A DNA stretch of 64,000 nucleotides. Source: Mobula hypostoma. Lineage: Eukaryota. Shown here piece after piece: positions 26,015 to 38,370 of this stretch. The stretch covers positions 93,560,001 to 93,624,000 of the forward strand of contig NC_086107.1 in NCBI RefSeq assembly GCF_963921235.1, given 5' to 3'. Position 1 is the stretch's first letter, and every line of letters starts with the position of its first letter. The position numbers and the translations under genes are program-made. The notes beneath the pieces are model-generated. The model had not been told where the DNA came from. It did not search any database and saw only the letters and a program-made list of their open reading frames with translations.

Positions 26015-27430
26015 CAGAGACATAGGAGCAGAATTAGGCCTTAAGGCTGATTTATACCTCTGCGTCAAATGGACACCATAACCTACGGTGAGCATTTATA
26101 CTTGTGCGTTGGTGTGTCTGCGTCGCTCTGCAATTCGGGCACGTTGCGCATGCGCACATACCTGCCTGTGCAAGGCTTCATGGTCATTGTAGTCTTTCTC
26201 AGGGTAAACAAGTTTAAAGAGACCGCCTTTTTTTGTAAGAGCGAAATACGTCCTCCATAATTTCGGAGGTCTGTAAAGCTTTATGGAAAGCATTGCAGCC
26301 AGAGTTCCTTCCCTGCCCTTCAGTTGCCCAATGGGAAGCTATTGCAGCGTAGGAGGAAATACGATGCTACCAAGCGGACCAATCACAGTTGTTGCGGTCT
26401 GTGTTGCCGCAACGCATAGTTACACTTTGGGAGAGGTGCACGTCAGGCTACGGCATAGGGATCCGTGTAGGCTCTGCGTAGGGTTCGCAGCTATGCCGTA
26501 CCTACGGCGTCGATTTGACACAGAGGTATAAATCAGCCTTTACAGCCCATCAAGTCCACTCTGCCATTCCATCATAGATGATTTATTATCCCTCTCAACC
26601 GCATTCTCCCGTCATCTCCCTGTAAACTTTGACGACATGACTAACTGAGAACCTATTAACCTCTGATTTAAATATACCCAATGGCTATGCCTCTACAGCC
26701 ATCCGTGGAAATAAATTCACAGATTCAGCACTCTTTAGATAAAGAAATTCTTTCTGATCTCTGTTCTGAATGGACATCCCTCTATTCTGAGGCTGTGCCC
26801 CCTTGTCCTAGGGAGGGGAATGTTGAAGACTCACCCTCTATAGGAAACAGCCTCTCGACATCCAGTGTATCTAGGCCTTTCAATACTTGATAGGTTTCAA
26901 TGAGATCCCCCTCATTCTTCTAATCTCCAGTGGGTACCGACTCAGATATCAAACGCTCCTCATATGTTAACCCTTTTATTCCCAGAATCAGTTGCGTGAA
27001 CCTCCTCTGGACCCTCTCCAAAGCCAGCACATCATTTCTTAGATAAGGGGCCCAAAACTGCTCACAATGCTCCTAGGTGCAGTCTGACCAATGCCTTATA
27101 AAGACTCAGCATCACATCCTTGCTCTAATATTAAAGTTCTCTCGAAGTGAATGCTAACATTGCATTTGCCTTCCTCACTACTGACTCCACCTGAGTCTCT
27201 TTGCACCTCTGATTTTTTAATTTTCTCCCCATTTATAAAATAGGTTTCACTTTTATTTCTTCTACCAAAGTGTATGTCCATACACTTCCCTACACTATAT
27301 TCCATTTGCCACTTCTTTTCCCATTGTCCCAATCTGTCCAAGTGCTTCTGAAGACTCCCTGCTTCCTCAATACTAATTGGCCCCTCCACTTATCCCTGTA
27401 TCATCTGAAAACTTGGTCACAAAGCCATCA
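26015..27430 (-). mobile_element. CR1 LINE 3' part, interrupted by the Harbinger MITE
   Basis: LQKHLDRLGQWEKKWQMEYSVGKC...HFGRRN on minus strand and CR1 tail at ~26015. Confidence 0.8.
26044..26539. mobile_element. PIF/Harbinger-type MITE (496 bp), TTA target-site duplication
   Basis: 27-bp TIR aggctgatttatacctctg(c/t)gtcaaat at both ends. TTA at 26041-26043 and 26540-26542. Splits a CR1 tail. Confidence 0.85.
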
Positions 27431-27434
27431 TGTA

Positions 27435-28200
27435 CAGTGGATTCTAGTAAATTGGGTCACATCAGGATCAGTACATTTTGGCCTAATGAAAAAGCTGGCC
27501 TAATTAGCCAAAGTTTCATGGAAATAGATATTTAAATAAGATAAACTTTTTAAAAAAGTAACTAATTACATATTTAAATGAAACATAAAACAAATCAGAA
27601 CACTACCAATACTACTACAGAAACATAAAACCGTGTATTAGTTCCTAATATTTATCAATAGAGGAATTAATCCATGTTGTATTCTTTTGATTAACTGTAA
27701 ATGAACCAAATCAGTGAAGACAGCTAGTACAGATAATAGACTACCTTCATAAAATGCTGTCAATGACTACATCCTCGAAATCTTCATTTTCATTCTAACA
27801 TTCAAGATGATTGTCAATGTCTTCATTTTCTTCGTAGTTCATAGTTTGTTGAAGTAGTGAAATTGTTTCATTTTCACTCCCAGCCATCTCTGGCATCTCC
27901 AAACCTGAATGCTTGAAACCAACCATGAGCAAAACAGTTCTGAATTGTCTTATTTCTTATTTCTCACCAACAATCAGTGACAAAAATCACTGCTTTTTGA
28001 ACACAAACAAATGCAACTAATACTATTTAAAAACTGTTCACTGTACGCAGTGTAGTTTCTAATGGTCACACAAATGCATGCATCTGACGCTAGTTAGAAA
28101 CTGTTTGGCAACAGTCTCCTGCCCCAATTAAGCAGCTTAGTGTTCCAAATATACAAGGGAGTCCCATCTATTTTCTCAATTAGTTTTTCTTATTTAAGAG
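27435..28200. mobile_element. Tc1/mariner-superfamily (pogo/Tigger-like) MITE, right end missing
   Basis: TA-CAGTGGATTCT start with subterminal ccaattaa-type repeats and an AT-rich body. Interrupted by a SINE. Confidence 0.45.
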
Positions 28201-28202
28201 TT

Positions 28203-28480
28203 AAGGCATTGGACTAGCGACCTGAAGGTCGTGAGTTCGAGCCCCAGCCGAGGGAATGTGTTGTGTCCTTGAGCAAGGCACTTAATCACACATTGCTCTG
28301 CGACGACACCGGTGCCAAGCTGTATGGGTCCTAATGCCCTTCCCTTGGACAACATTGGTGTCGTGGAGAGAGGAGACTTGCAGCATGGGCAACTGCTGGT
28401 CTTCCATACAACCTTGCCCTGGAGAGTGAAAACTTTCCAGGCACAGATCCATGGTCTCGCAAGACTAATGGATGCCTTTA
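28203..28480 (+). mobile_element. tRNA-derived CORE-like SINE with RTE-type tail
   Basis: B-box gagttcgagcc, core-like gtgtccttgagcaaggcacttaa, tail atccatggtctcgcaagactaatggatgcc. Confidence 0.7.
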
Positions 28481-28779
28481 TAACATACTTAAATATCAAA
28501 AATGTAGTAGTGGCCATGGGTTTGTTTATGTTTGTTTGTTCAGAAATCTGATGGTGGAGAGGAAGATGCTATTCCTAAGATATTGAGTGGGTGTCTTCAG
28601 ACTCCTGTCCCTTCTCTGTGATGACAGTAACATCCTCTCTGATGGTATATGACTAGTGGTCAGCAAAGACTCAGTTGTCTGAGGGGCCTGTATCCATGCA
28701 GTACGTCCTAATGGCTTTAATATTCTGATGCACACACTCACTCAGCCAGGCAACATTTACAGCGGAGTGATACAAAAAC

Positions 28780-29085
28780 CTAGCCTTTATAACCCACCTT
28801 TGTGGCCTCAGTACTTTACAATCAATTAGGTACCTTCAGAAAGATTCTTATTGTTGTGGGAAACAGCTGCCACAGTGTAACCAAGACCACATGAATTGTT
28901 TCTTTGGTGTTGGTTGAGAGATAAATGCTGCTCATGGAGAAATCTCCATGTTCTTCTCTGGAATTGTGTAGAGGGATTTTTAGAAGTCCACCTGGCAGGA
29001 AAGATTTAAGATCTCTCTGAGAGCCTCCCCAAAGGCCGGGCCTGACTTACAGTCCAAATATCTGGATTGAGTAATCCCAAACCAG
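28780..29085 (-). mobile_element. Deu-domain SINE relic
   Basis: gtgttggttgagagataaat...gggatttttagaagtccacctg resembles a reverse Deu domain. Confidence 0.45.
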
Positions 29086-32000
29086 GTTTCAGTTATGCTC
29101 GTTAGACTATAAGACATAGGAGCAGAATCAAAGGTAAAATTTAATGTCAGAGAAAAATAAACAAAATACATCCTGAAATGCTTTTCCTTCGCAACCATCC
29201 ACAAAAACAGAGGAGTGCCCTAAAGAATGAACGACAGTTAAATGTTAGAACCCAAAATTCCCCCCCCCCCACTCTGCTCCCTCTCGTGCATAAGCGGCAG
29301 CAAGCAACAATTCCCCCTTCCCCATCGGCAAAAAAAAAAGCATTGGCACGCGCCGAGCACTCAAGCATGAGCAAAGCAATAGCAAAGACGCAGACTTGCA
29401 GTACTCCAAAGACTACTTGTTCACCCAGTATTTGACATACCACAGGCTCCCTCTCTCCCTAATAAGGGAGAAAGAGGTGTCTCCGTTTACACAGCAAGAG
29501 GGGAGACGTAACATACAACTCGCTAGTTTATGATGTTAAAAGTCTGTTGCGTCGCTTTTTTTGAGCTGTGTGCCCAAAGATCTCAAGTCTCTGGCCACAC
29601 AGCCAAAGATCTTCCAGCTCTCATGACACACCAGTCCGGGACACCAATCTTTGATCCCCCCCCTCCCCGCCGTCTCCAGACAGTCTTTCTACCCATTGAG
29701 TCTCCTCCACCATTCCACTAAGGTTGACTTATTATCTCTCTCAATCCCATTCTCCTGCCTTCTCTCCATGAATGGCTTAAATATACTTCATGACTTGGCC
29801 TCCACAGATGTTCATGGCAATGAATTCCACCGATTTGCCACCATGTAGCTAAAGAAATTCCCCCTCATTTCTGTACTAAAGGGTCATCCCTGTATTCAGG
29901 TCCCAGAATCTCTCACTATTGGAAACACCATCTCCACATCCACTCTATCTTGGACTTCCAATATTCAATAGATTTCGATAAGATCCCTCTTCATTCGTCA
30001 AACTCCAGTGAGTACAGGTCCGCATACATAAGCTCTTTCATTTCTGGGATAAATCTCATAAACTTCTTCTGGACCCTCATCCTTTCATAGACAAGCGCCC
30101 AAAGCTGCTCACGGTACTCTAAGTGCAGACTGACCAATGCCTTGTAAAGCTTTAGCATTACATCCTTGCTTTTATATTCTAGTCCTCCTGAAATTAACAC
30201 TACCGTTGCATTTGTCTTCCTTACCATCAACTCAGCTGGCAAGTTAAACTTCAGGGAATCTTGCACAAGGAGTTGAAAAGTCTCTTTTCAGCTCTGCAAA
30301 AGGTAAGGTGCAAAGGGATTTAGTTAAAGGAGAGCTACCACTTGGCCAGAGCTGGTACTTGCAGTGATATTGGCTGAAGGGAGTGGTAATCATAAAATTG
30401 CAAAGATTACCCCATTGCTCGGAAAGTGCTATGGATTTCCAACTGAGAGAACAAATGGTTTTGTCTCTTAGTTGGATGATGGCATTGGCATTTAGACTTT
30501 GCAGTCATTCCTCGTTACTGCACCAAAATGTCATCATAATTTCTGTGCTCAAGTCTCAGCCTTGAATCTGCTAAATATGCAAGAATGTAATGCTTTACAG
30601 TGATCAAAAGATCGAGGCTCAATTCCCACCACTGTCTGTAAGGAGTTTGAACATTCTCCCCATGGTGCATGGGTTTCCTCTGGGTGCTCTGGTTTCCTCC
30701 CACAATCCAGAGATGTATGGGTTAAGGTTAGTAAGTTGTGGGCTTGCTGTGCTGGTGCTAAAAACATGGTGACTCATGTGAGCTGTCCCCAGCACAATCC
30801 TTGGACTGTGCTGATCGTTGACACAAATGGCACACTTCACTGTATGTTTCAGTGTACATGTGACAAATAAAGCTAAAGCTAATCTTTAATGCTAAACCTA
30901 CCGGACCAAGGCTGAACACCTGATATTTTGTGCATATTACCAACGACCGCAGTCATACAGGAATGCATTGGACAAAAAAGTATAACTGTTTGGTGCTCCC
31001 CTATATTTCACACACTAAATGATTAGAAACAATGCTAACCAATGATAAAGTAACTTTTATTTAAATAAAAATGTTTAGTGAGTTTAATGTCCATTAAGAC
31101 CGTAGGACATAGGAGCAGAATTAGGCCATTTGGCCCATTGAGTCTGCTCTGCCATTCCATCATAGCTGATTTCTTATCCTTCTCAACCCCATTCTCCTGC
31201 CTTCTTCCCGCAACATTTGTTAGTCTTACTAATCAAGAACACATCAAACTGCACGTTAAATATGCCCGATGACTTGGTCTCCACAGCTGTCTGTGGCAAT
31301 AAATTCCAGATTCACCACCCTCTGGCTAAAGAAATTCCTCCTCATCTCTGTCCTAAGGTGACAGAGGTTGTGGCCTCTGAGGCAAGACCCACTATTGGAA
31401 GCACCCTCTCCATGTCCACTCTATCTAGGTCTTTCAATATTCGCTAGGTTTCAATAGGATCCCCTTCATTCTTCTAAACTCCAGTGAGTAAAGGCCCAGA
31501 GCCATCAAGCCATCATATATTAACCCTTTCTTTCCCAGGATCATTCTCGTGAATCTCGCAGATCCTTTCTTTAATAAGAGGCCCAAAACTACGCTAAGTG
31601 CGGTCTGATCAATGCCTTATAAACGTTAGTATTACATCCTTGATCTTATATTCTAGTTCTCTCAAAATGAAATGCTAACATTGCATTTTCCATGTCAAAA
31701 TATGCTGAAGTGGGCTACATCTAATGTGCAAGTGGTTTTAATAATATGAGCTTATGGCTAATATGTAAATTTGGCAGATTTTGCTCCCTTATCACTGATA
31801 AAATGTACAGAATCTCTTGGAACAGGAACATCGTTTAACTAACATTGTTGCTTTCAATGAGCAAGTTATTCAGTTGTAACTGTGTTTGGCCAATAAATGC
31901 ACTCTTGTCTGAGAGCCAAATAAAAATAGACCATGAAACCACTGGACCTTTTTTGTAGATGCATTCGATTTCAGGATGTGTGCATCACTTGCTAGGTTGA

Positions 32001-32130
32001 TAATTTACTGCTCCTTGACACACTTCAGAGGATAATCGAGCACCAGTCATATTGCTGTGGGTCTGGAGATTTCCAAGCTGGGTGAGGCTAGCAAATTTCC
32101 CACCCAGACAGATGGAGGTGATCTAGCTGT

Positions 32131-32723
32131 GGGTGATTGATAAGTTTGTGGCCTAAGGTAGAAGGAGTCAATTTTAGAAAACCTAGCGCATTTATTTTTC
32201 AATATAGTCCCCGCCTACATTTACACACTTAGTCCAGCGGTCATGGAGCATACGGATCTTGGACCTCCAGAAAGTGCCCACAGCAGGGGTGATTGATAAG
32301 TTCGTGGCCTAGGGTAGAAGGAGATGAGTTATTAACTTCAAACTTTCTGCACATGCAGTTCAACTCTTTGAGTGATTATGCAGAAAATTTGAGGTTAATA
32401 ACTCATCAGGGGTGATTGATAAGTTCGTGGCCTACGGTAGAAGGAGATGAGTTATTAATTTCAAACTTTCTGCATAATCACTCAGAGTTGAACTGCACGT
32501 GCATGTAATGAGAGCTGTATAACTCATCTCCTTCTATCTTAGGCCATGAACTTATCAATCACCCCTGCTGTGGGCACTTTCTGGAGGTCCAAGATCCATA
32601 TGCTCCACGACCACTGGACTAAGTGTGTAAATGTAGGAGGGGATTATGCTGAAAAATAAATGTGCTAGGTTTTCTAAAATTGACTCCTTTCACCTTAGGC
32701 CACGAACTTATCAATCACCCTCG
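32131..32723. mobile_element. Palindromic mariner-type MITE with five TIR-end copies
   Basis: gggtgattgataagtt(c/t)gtggcct at 32131, 32287 and 32410, reverse copies at ~32543-32565 and ~32697-32720. Right end caccctcg-TA. About 200-bp near-perfect inverted arms. Confidence 0.85.
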
Positions 32724-32731
32724 TATATGAC

Positions 32732-32999
32732 AAATAAAATCTTCTCGGGCCTCAAGTTGGGTACAACCATCAATGAACAAAGACAGAAGTCTTGCTCTAA
32801 GTAAGAACTGGATTTCGATTGTAAACAAGGTGGTAGAGCAGAAACCTGATTGGATGAGGACTAACCAATCAGGAGGGACAGAATACAGGGGTATAAATAC
32901 CACCAGACATCATCCCTGAAGAAGATGGCGGAGTTTGTTACTGAAACGTCGGTTATAAACGATACCTGCACCCATCTTGAAGCCCAAGAGGAGTTTATT
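32732..32999 (+). mobile_element. Penelope-type pLTR mini-element with terminal inverted repeats and hammerhead motif
   Basis: 33-bp inverted ends, inverted CCAAT pair, TATAAATA, and CTGAAGA...GAAACGTC core. Confidence 0.65.
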
Positions 33000-34907
33000 A
33001 ACTGTGTTTTGTTAGGCACTCCAAATGCTTCACTGTCCCTTTTATTAACAACCTGTCTTTAATAGCAGATATTTTTTCAAATTGGATTCAAACTTTGATA
33101 TAAGCCATAGGTGCAGAATTAGGCTATTCAGCCCATCGAGTCTGCTCTGCCATTCCATCATGGCTGATTTCTCCTGCTTTCCCCCTGTAACCTTCAACAT
33201 CCTTGCTAATCAAGAACTAACAAAATCCTCTTTAAATATACCCAATGAATTGGCCTCCACATGTTATCTTATGTTTCCATGTGGTCTTAGGAAGGTAGGT
33301 TGAGCAGGGCTAGGGCTTTTCTCTTGGAGCAAAGGTGGATGACAGGTAACCTGATAAAGGTGTGCAAGATGATGAGGCATTGGTAGAGTGGACAGCCAGT
33401 GGAAATAGCTAATATGATGGGGCATAATTTTAAGGTGTTTGGAGGAAAGTTGGGAGGGGGGTGTGTCAGAAGTAGGTGTTTTTGTTTTTACACAAAGACT
33501 GGTGGATGCCAAGCATTGTGGCACAGGCAGATACATTACGGACATTTAAGAAACTTAGATGAGAAAAATGGAGTTCTATGTATGAGGGAAGGGTTAGACT
33601 TTAAGATGATTGGAGGAAAACATGGGGGGGAGGGAATGCATGAGGCAGGCAGAGTGGTGGATGCATAGAATGCTCTTCCAGAGGTGGTGGCAGAGGCAGA
33701 TACATTAGGGATGTTTGAGAAACTCTTAGATAGGCACATGATGAAAAGAAAAATGGAGGGCTATGTGGGAGGGAAGGGTTAGATTGGCCTTACAGTAGGT
33801 TAAAAGGCTGGCACAACATTGTGGGCTGAAGGGCCTGTACTGTGCTGTATTGTTCTATGTTCTACATTGAACTCTGGTTCTAATGGATTACCAGCTCCAG
33901 CATCTTTAGATTATGAGAAGACTATATTAAAAAAAAAACCTCTAGCCTACTGCACCAAGTAATAATTATACCCAGAGGCAATTACAGGTTACCTTTTACA
34001 ACAAACAGCTTAAACCCCATGAGTCCTCCAAAGTTCAAAACAAGTTCGTCACTAAACCGTGGCCTTTACAAGTGTCTAGAAAGGAGCAAACAACGGCCAC
34101 TAGATGATGCAGTGGAACAGGTTTTTGATCTAATCTTCCCACGTTGGTCACCATGTTGTGTGTCTACAAACTAGTATGTATTCCCAAAAGGACGAGTCTT
34201 CTCTCACCTAATGTTAGCATAGAATAGGTTATAAAATATTAATCAAATAGGAAAAGGGTTAGTGTAGTCACACTTCCACCGGTAAATGCAGTAATGGAAG
34301 TTTGAGTTACACAGCATAGGACAGTACAGGCCCTTCAGCCCACAATGGTGTGTTGATCTTTTAACCTACCCTTCCCTCATACATAGCCCTCCATTGCTCT
34401 ATCATCCATGTAACCATCTAAGAATCTCTTAAATATCCATAATGCATTTGCCTCTACCACCACCCTTGGCAAAGTGTTCCACTGACATCTCTGTGTCAAA
34501 ACCAACCTCTGACATCCCCCACCATACTTTCCTCCAATCACTTTAAAATTATCTCCCATCTTATTAGCCATTTCCACCCCGAGAACAAGGCACTGGGTGT
34601 CCGCTCAATCTATGCTTCTTATAATCTTGTACACCTCTATCAAGTCACCTCTCATCCTCCTTCGCTCCAAATAAAAAAGCCCGAGTTTGTCCTACCTATA
34701 AGACACACTCTCTCACCCAGGCAGCACCCTGATAAATCTCCCCTGAACCTTCTCCAAAGTTTCCACATGCTTCCTATAATGAGATGACCTGAACTAAACA
34801 CAATATTCCAAGTATGGTCTAACCAGTTTTATGAAGCTGCAACATTACCTTACAGCTCTTAAACTCAATTCCCCAGCTCATGAAAACCAACACAACACAT
34901 GCCTTCT

Positions 34908-35466
34908 TTTGTGAGGCCAAATTTGGAGTATTGTGTACAGTTTTGGTCACCAAATTACAGGAAGGATATTAAAAAGGTTGAAAGAGTACAGAGAAGATTT
35001 ACAAGGATGTTGCCCGGACTTGAGAAACTGAGTTACAGAAAAAGGTTGAATAGGTTAGGACTTTATTCCCTGCAGCGTAGAAGAATGAAGGGAGATTTGA
35101 TAGAGGTATATAAAATTATGATGGGTATAGATAGAGTGAATGCAAGCAGGCTTTTTCCACTGCGGCTAGGAGAGAAAAAAACCAGAGGCCATGGGTTAAG
35201 GGTGAAGGGGGAAAAGTTTAAAGGGAACACTGGGGGGGGGCTTCTTCACATAGACAGTGGTGAGAGTGTGGAATGAGTTGCCAGATGAAGTGGTAAATGC
35301 GAGCTCACTTTTAACATTTAAGAAAAACTTGGACAGGTACATGGATGAGAGGTATATGGAGGGATATGGTCCAGGTGCAGGTCAGTGGGACTAGGCAGAA
35401 AAATGGTTTAGCACAGCCAAGAAGGGCTAAAAGGCCTGCTTCTGTGCTGTAATGTTCTATGGTTCT
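34908..35466 (+). mobile_element. CR1 LINE 3' end
   Basis: VRPNLEYCVQFWSP...GDLIEVYK and tail gttctatggttct. Confidence 0.88.
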
Positions 35467-35819
35467 TAACAACCTTAGCAACTTGCCCTGCAAATTTTAG
35501 GGATCCATGCATGTGGACTCCAAGATTTCTTTGTTCCTTCACCCTGCTAAGAATCCTGTCATTAACTTTCTACTCTGCCTTCAATTTCGACCTCCCAAAG
35601 TTACCCATCACCACCGAGATTCAATCTTACTTTTACTTCAAACCCCAGATTATAGGGACTATAATGTTTATAAGATTAAAGGTAATCCAGATGAGGTATT
35701 TAATATTAAAAAAAAGTTAGAAAGAAAATAATTTTCCCAGGAGAGGAGAATAGATGTAAGGTCCAGCACAAGCTGATTTAGCTTTTAATTCGAGTTGGGC
35801 TATTCAGGAGATGTGTCAG

Positions 35820-36075
35820 GACACAAGAGATTCTGCAGATGATCGAAATCCAGACTAACACACACAAAATGCTGGAGGAACTCAGCAGGTTTGACAGCAG
35901 CTATGGTGAGGAATAAAGAACTGATGTTTTGGGCCAAGATCCTTCATCAGGACACCAGCATTTCAGGCCAAGACCCTTCAGCTGAAGGATCCTAATGAGC
36001 AGTCTTGGCTCGAAACATCAGCACTTTATTCCTCTCTGTAGGTACTGCCTTACCTGCTGAGTTCCCCCAGCGTTG
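35820..36075. mobile_element. Hammerhead-family Penelope-type element, inverted arms, degenerate
   Basis: acacaagagattctgcagatg...ggaactcagcagg arm, ccttcatcaggac cores, mirrored arm ending cctgctgagttcccccagc. Confidence 0.65.
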
Positions 36076-36144
36076 TAGATGGATCAGGAACCTCTTCTTC
36101 ACTCAAGGTCTAGTCGAAGTGTGACATTCTCTCACCCAAAATAT

Positions 36145-36890
36145 TAGAGTCATAGAACACGGAAACAAGCCTTTTGGCCCATTTAGTCCATGCCAAAATA
36201 TTAATCTGCCTAGTTCCATTGACCTGCAGCCGAACCATAGCCCTCCATATACCTATCCAAAATTCTCTGAAGTGTTGAAATCCATCACTTCTGCTGGCAG
36301 CTCGTTCCACACTCTCACCACCCTCTGAGTGAAGAAGATCCCCCCCAGCTTCCTCTTCCACCATTAACCAATGGCCTCTAGTTTTAGTCTCACCCAACCC
36401 AGGAAAAAGCCTGACTGCATTCACCCTATCAAGATCCCTCATAATTTTGTATATCTCTGTCAAATTTCTCCTCCAGCTCACACTCCAGGGAATAAAGTTC
36501 TAACCTAATCAGCCTTTCCTTATAAGTCAGGTCCTCAAGTCCTGGCAACATCTTTATAAATTTTCTCTGCACTCCAACTTTATATTGATATCTTTCCTGT
36601 AAGTAGGTGACCAGAACTGGGTTCAATACTCAAAATTAGGCTTCGCCAATATCTTATACAACTTAACATCCCAGCTCCTGTAGTCAGTACTTTGATTTAT
36701 GAAGGTCAATGTGACAAAAGCTCTCTTTATGACCCTTATCTACCCATGATGCCACTTTCAAAGAATTATAGATCTGTATTCCCAGATCCCCATTTCACTG
36801 CTCTCCTCAGTACTCTCCCGTTCACCGTGCAAGTCCTACTTTGGATTGTCCTGCCAAAGTGCAACACTTCACACTTGTCTGCATTCTATT
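36145..36890 (-). mobile_element. CR1 LINE 3' part
   Basis: VQRKFIKMLPGLEDL, EIYKIMR motifs on minus strand. Confidence 0.8.
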
Positions 36891-37834
36891 AAAAACAGAG
36901 ATGATCAGCGGAATATTTCTGAACTGAGATTTTTTTTTGTTAGGCAACAATACTAGGGAATTTACAACAAAAGCAAGTGGACAGAGTTAAGATGCAATTC
37001 AGATGCAATCTAATTGAACAACACAAGAGATTTGATAAGCTTAGTGCCATAATGGGGAACACCAACTTACTGACAGAAATATCCCTGCTCTGCTGATGTC
37101 CTTTGTCTGAAAGGGCAAGGGATGAAGATTCTGTGACTGCTTGGTAGAGGATGGAGAGATTTACCAGATCGTTGCTGGGTTGAAAAAAAACTTAGCTCTA
37201 AGGAAAAATTGGACTGGCTAAGGGTGTTTACTTTCAAACAGATAAAAGCTAAGTGGGAAATTGAATCAAGATGCATGAAATTGTAAGAATCCTAGACAGA
37301 GTAATTTAGAGTAATTTCCCTCAGTAGAAGGTTCATAAGACAGGGTGTTTAAAAGACAAAGTTGGGTGGTGGAGTAGAGCAGTGGTTATTGGAATGCTAT
37401 GACTGCGCCAGAGACCCGACTTCAATTCTGTCTATAAAGAGTATGTATGTTATCCCTCGACTGTAGGTGCTCCTGCCTTCTCCTACATTTCAAAGATGAA
37501 CGGATTTGAATGTTAATTGGTCAATGGGTGTACCACAGCCTGGTAGAGGAAGAATATCTAATCACATTTATAGACTGCCTGGGTGGGCATGCAAAGTCTG
37601 AAACCCAGAAGAGCTACAGAGCTGATGCTGGGCAGTGGGTTAGGCAGTCTAGCACTTTATCCACAGGCACCAAAGACCGAACCTCTCTCCTTCTCTGTCA
37701 CCCCCGCAGTTCTTTTTTCCTTTCTAAGCCAAAACATTTCCAGGATCCTTTTCCAATAACCCCCTTCGAGAGGGCCAGAGCACAGCCAGAGAAGAAAAGG
37801 ACTGTGTGACGGGGCTGCCGAATGGGAGTATAAG

Positions 37835-38250
37835 AGACCATAAGACATAAGAGCAGAATTAGGCCATTCAGCCCATCAATTCTGCTCCACCATTATATTA
37901 TGACAGATTTAGTATCCCTCTCAACCACATTCTCCTTTCTCCCTATTACCTTTGCCACCCTTACTGATCAAGAACCTATAAACCTCTGCTTCAAATATAC
38001 CCAATGACTTGTCCTCCACAGCCATCCGTGGCCATGAATTCCACAGATCCACCACCCTCTTTCTAAAGACATTCCTCCTCATCTCTGTTCTAAAGGGACA
38101 TCCTAGTATTCTGAGGCTGTGCCTCTGGTCCTAGACTGCCCCACTATAGGAAACAACATGTCCATTAGATCTAGTCCTCTTAATATCTGATAGGTTTTAA
38201 TAAGACCCCCCCCCCTTATCCTTCTGAACACAGAGTAAAAGCCCAGAGCA
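37835..38250 (-). mobile_element. CR1 LINE 3' end just upstream of the LRRC4B acceptor
   Basis: (cataaga) tail, gcagaattaggccattcagccc. Confidence 0.8.
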
Positions 38251-38295
38251 GGAGAGGTAAGGGGTAAGCTATTTCCTTCACTCTCACCTCCCAGT

Positions 38296-38320
38296 CCTCA
38301 TTAATCTTTTTCTGCTCTAG
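38296..38320 (+). promoter_or_regulatory. 3' splice acceptor of the LRRC4B coding exon
   Basis: Pyrimidine tract ending in AG (ttaatctttttctgctctag|, AG at 38319-38320), with an alternative CAG at 38325-38327, 50 nt upstream of the ATG. No promoter features immediately upstream (CR1 debris only). Confidence 0.65.
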
Positions 38321-38370
38321 CCCACAGAGATACCTGGATGTTTTGGTCGAGAAACCTGAGTGAATTATGA

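Noticed and set aside
28203..28250. tRNA-like B-box hairpin
   Set aside because: Head of a SINE; no full cloverleaf.
32131..32723. Repeated 24-nt motif with spacers, superficially CRISPR-like
   Set aside because: Copies are in both orientations with irregular spacing and related spacers; they are mariner TIR ends in a vertebrate genome, with no cas genes.
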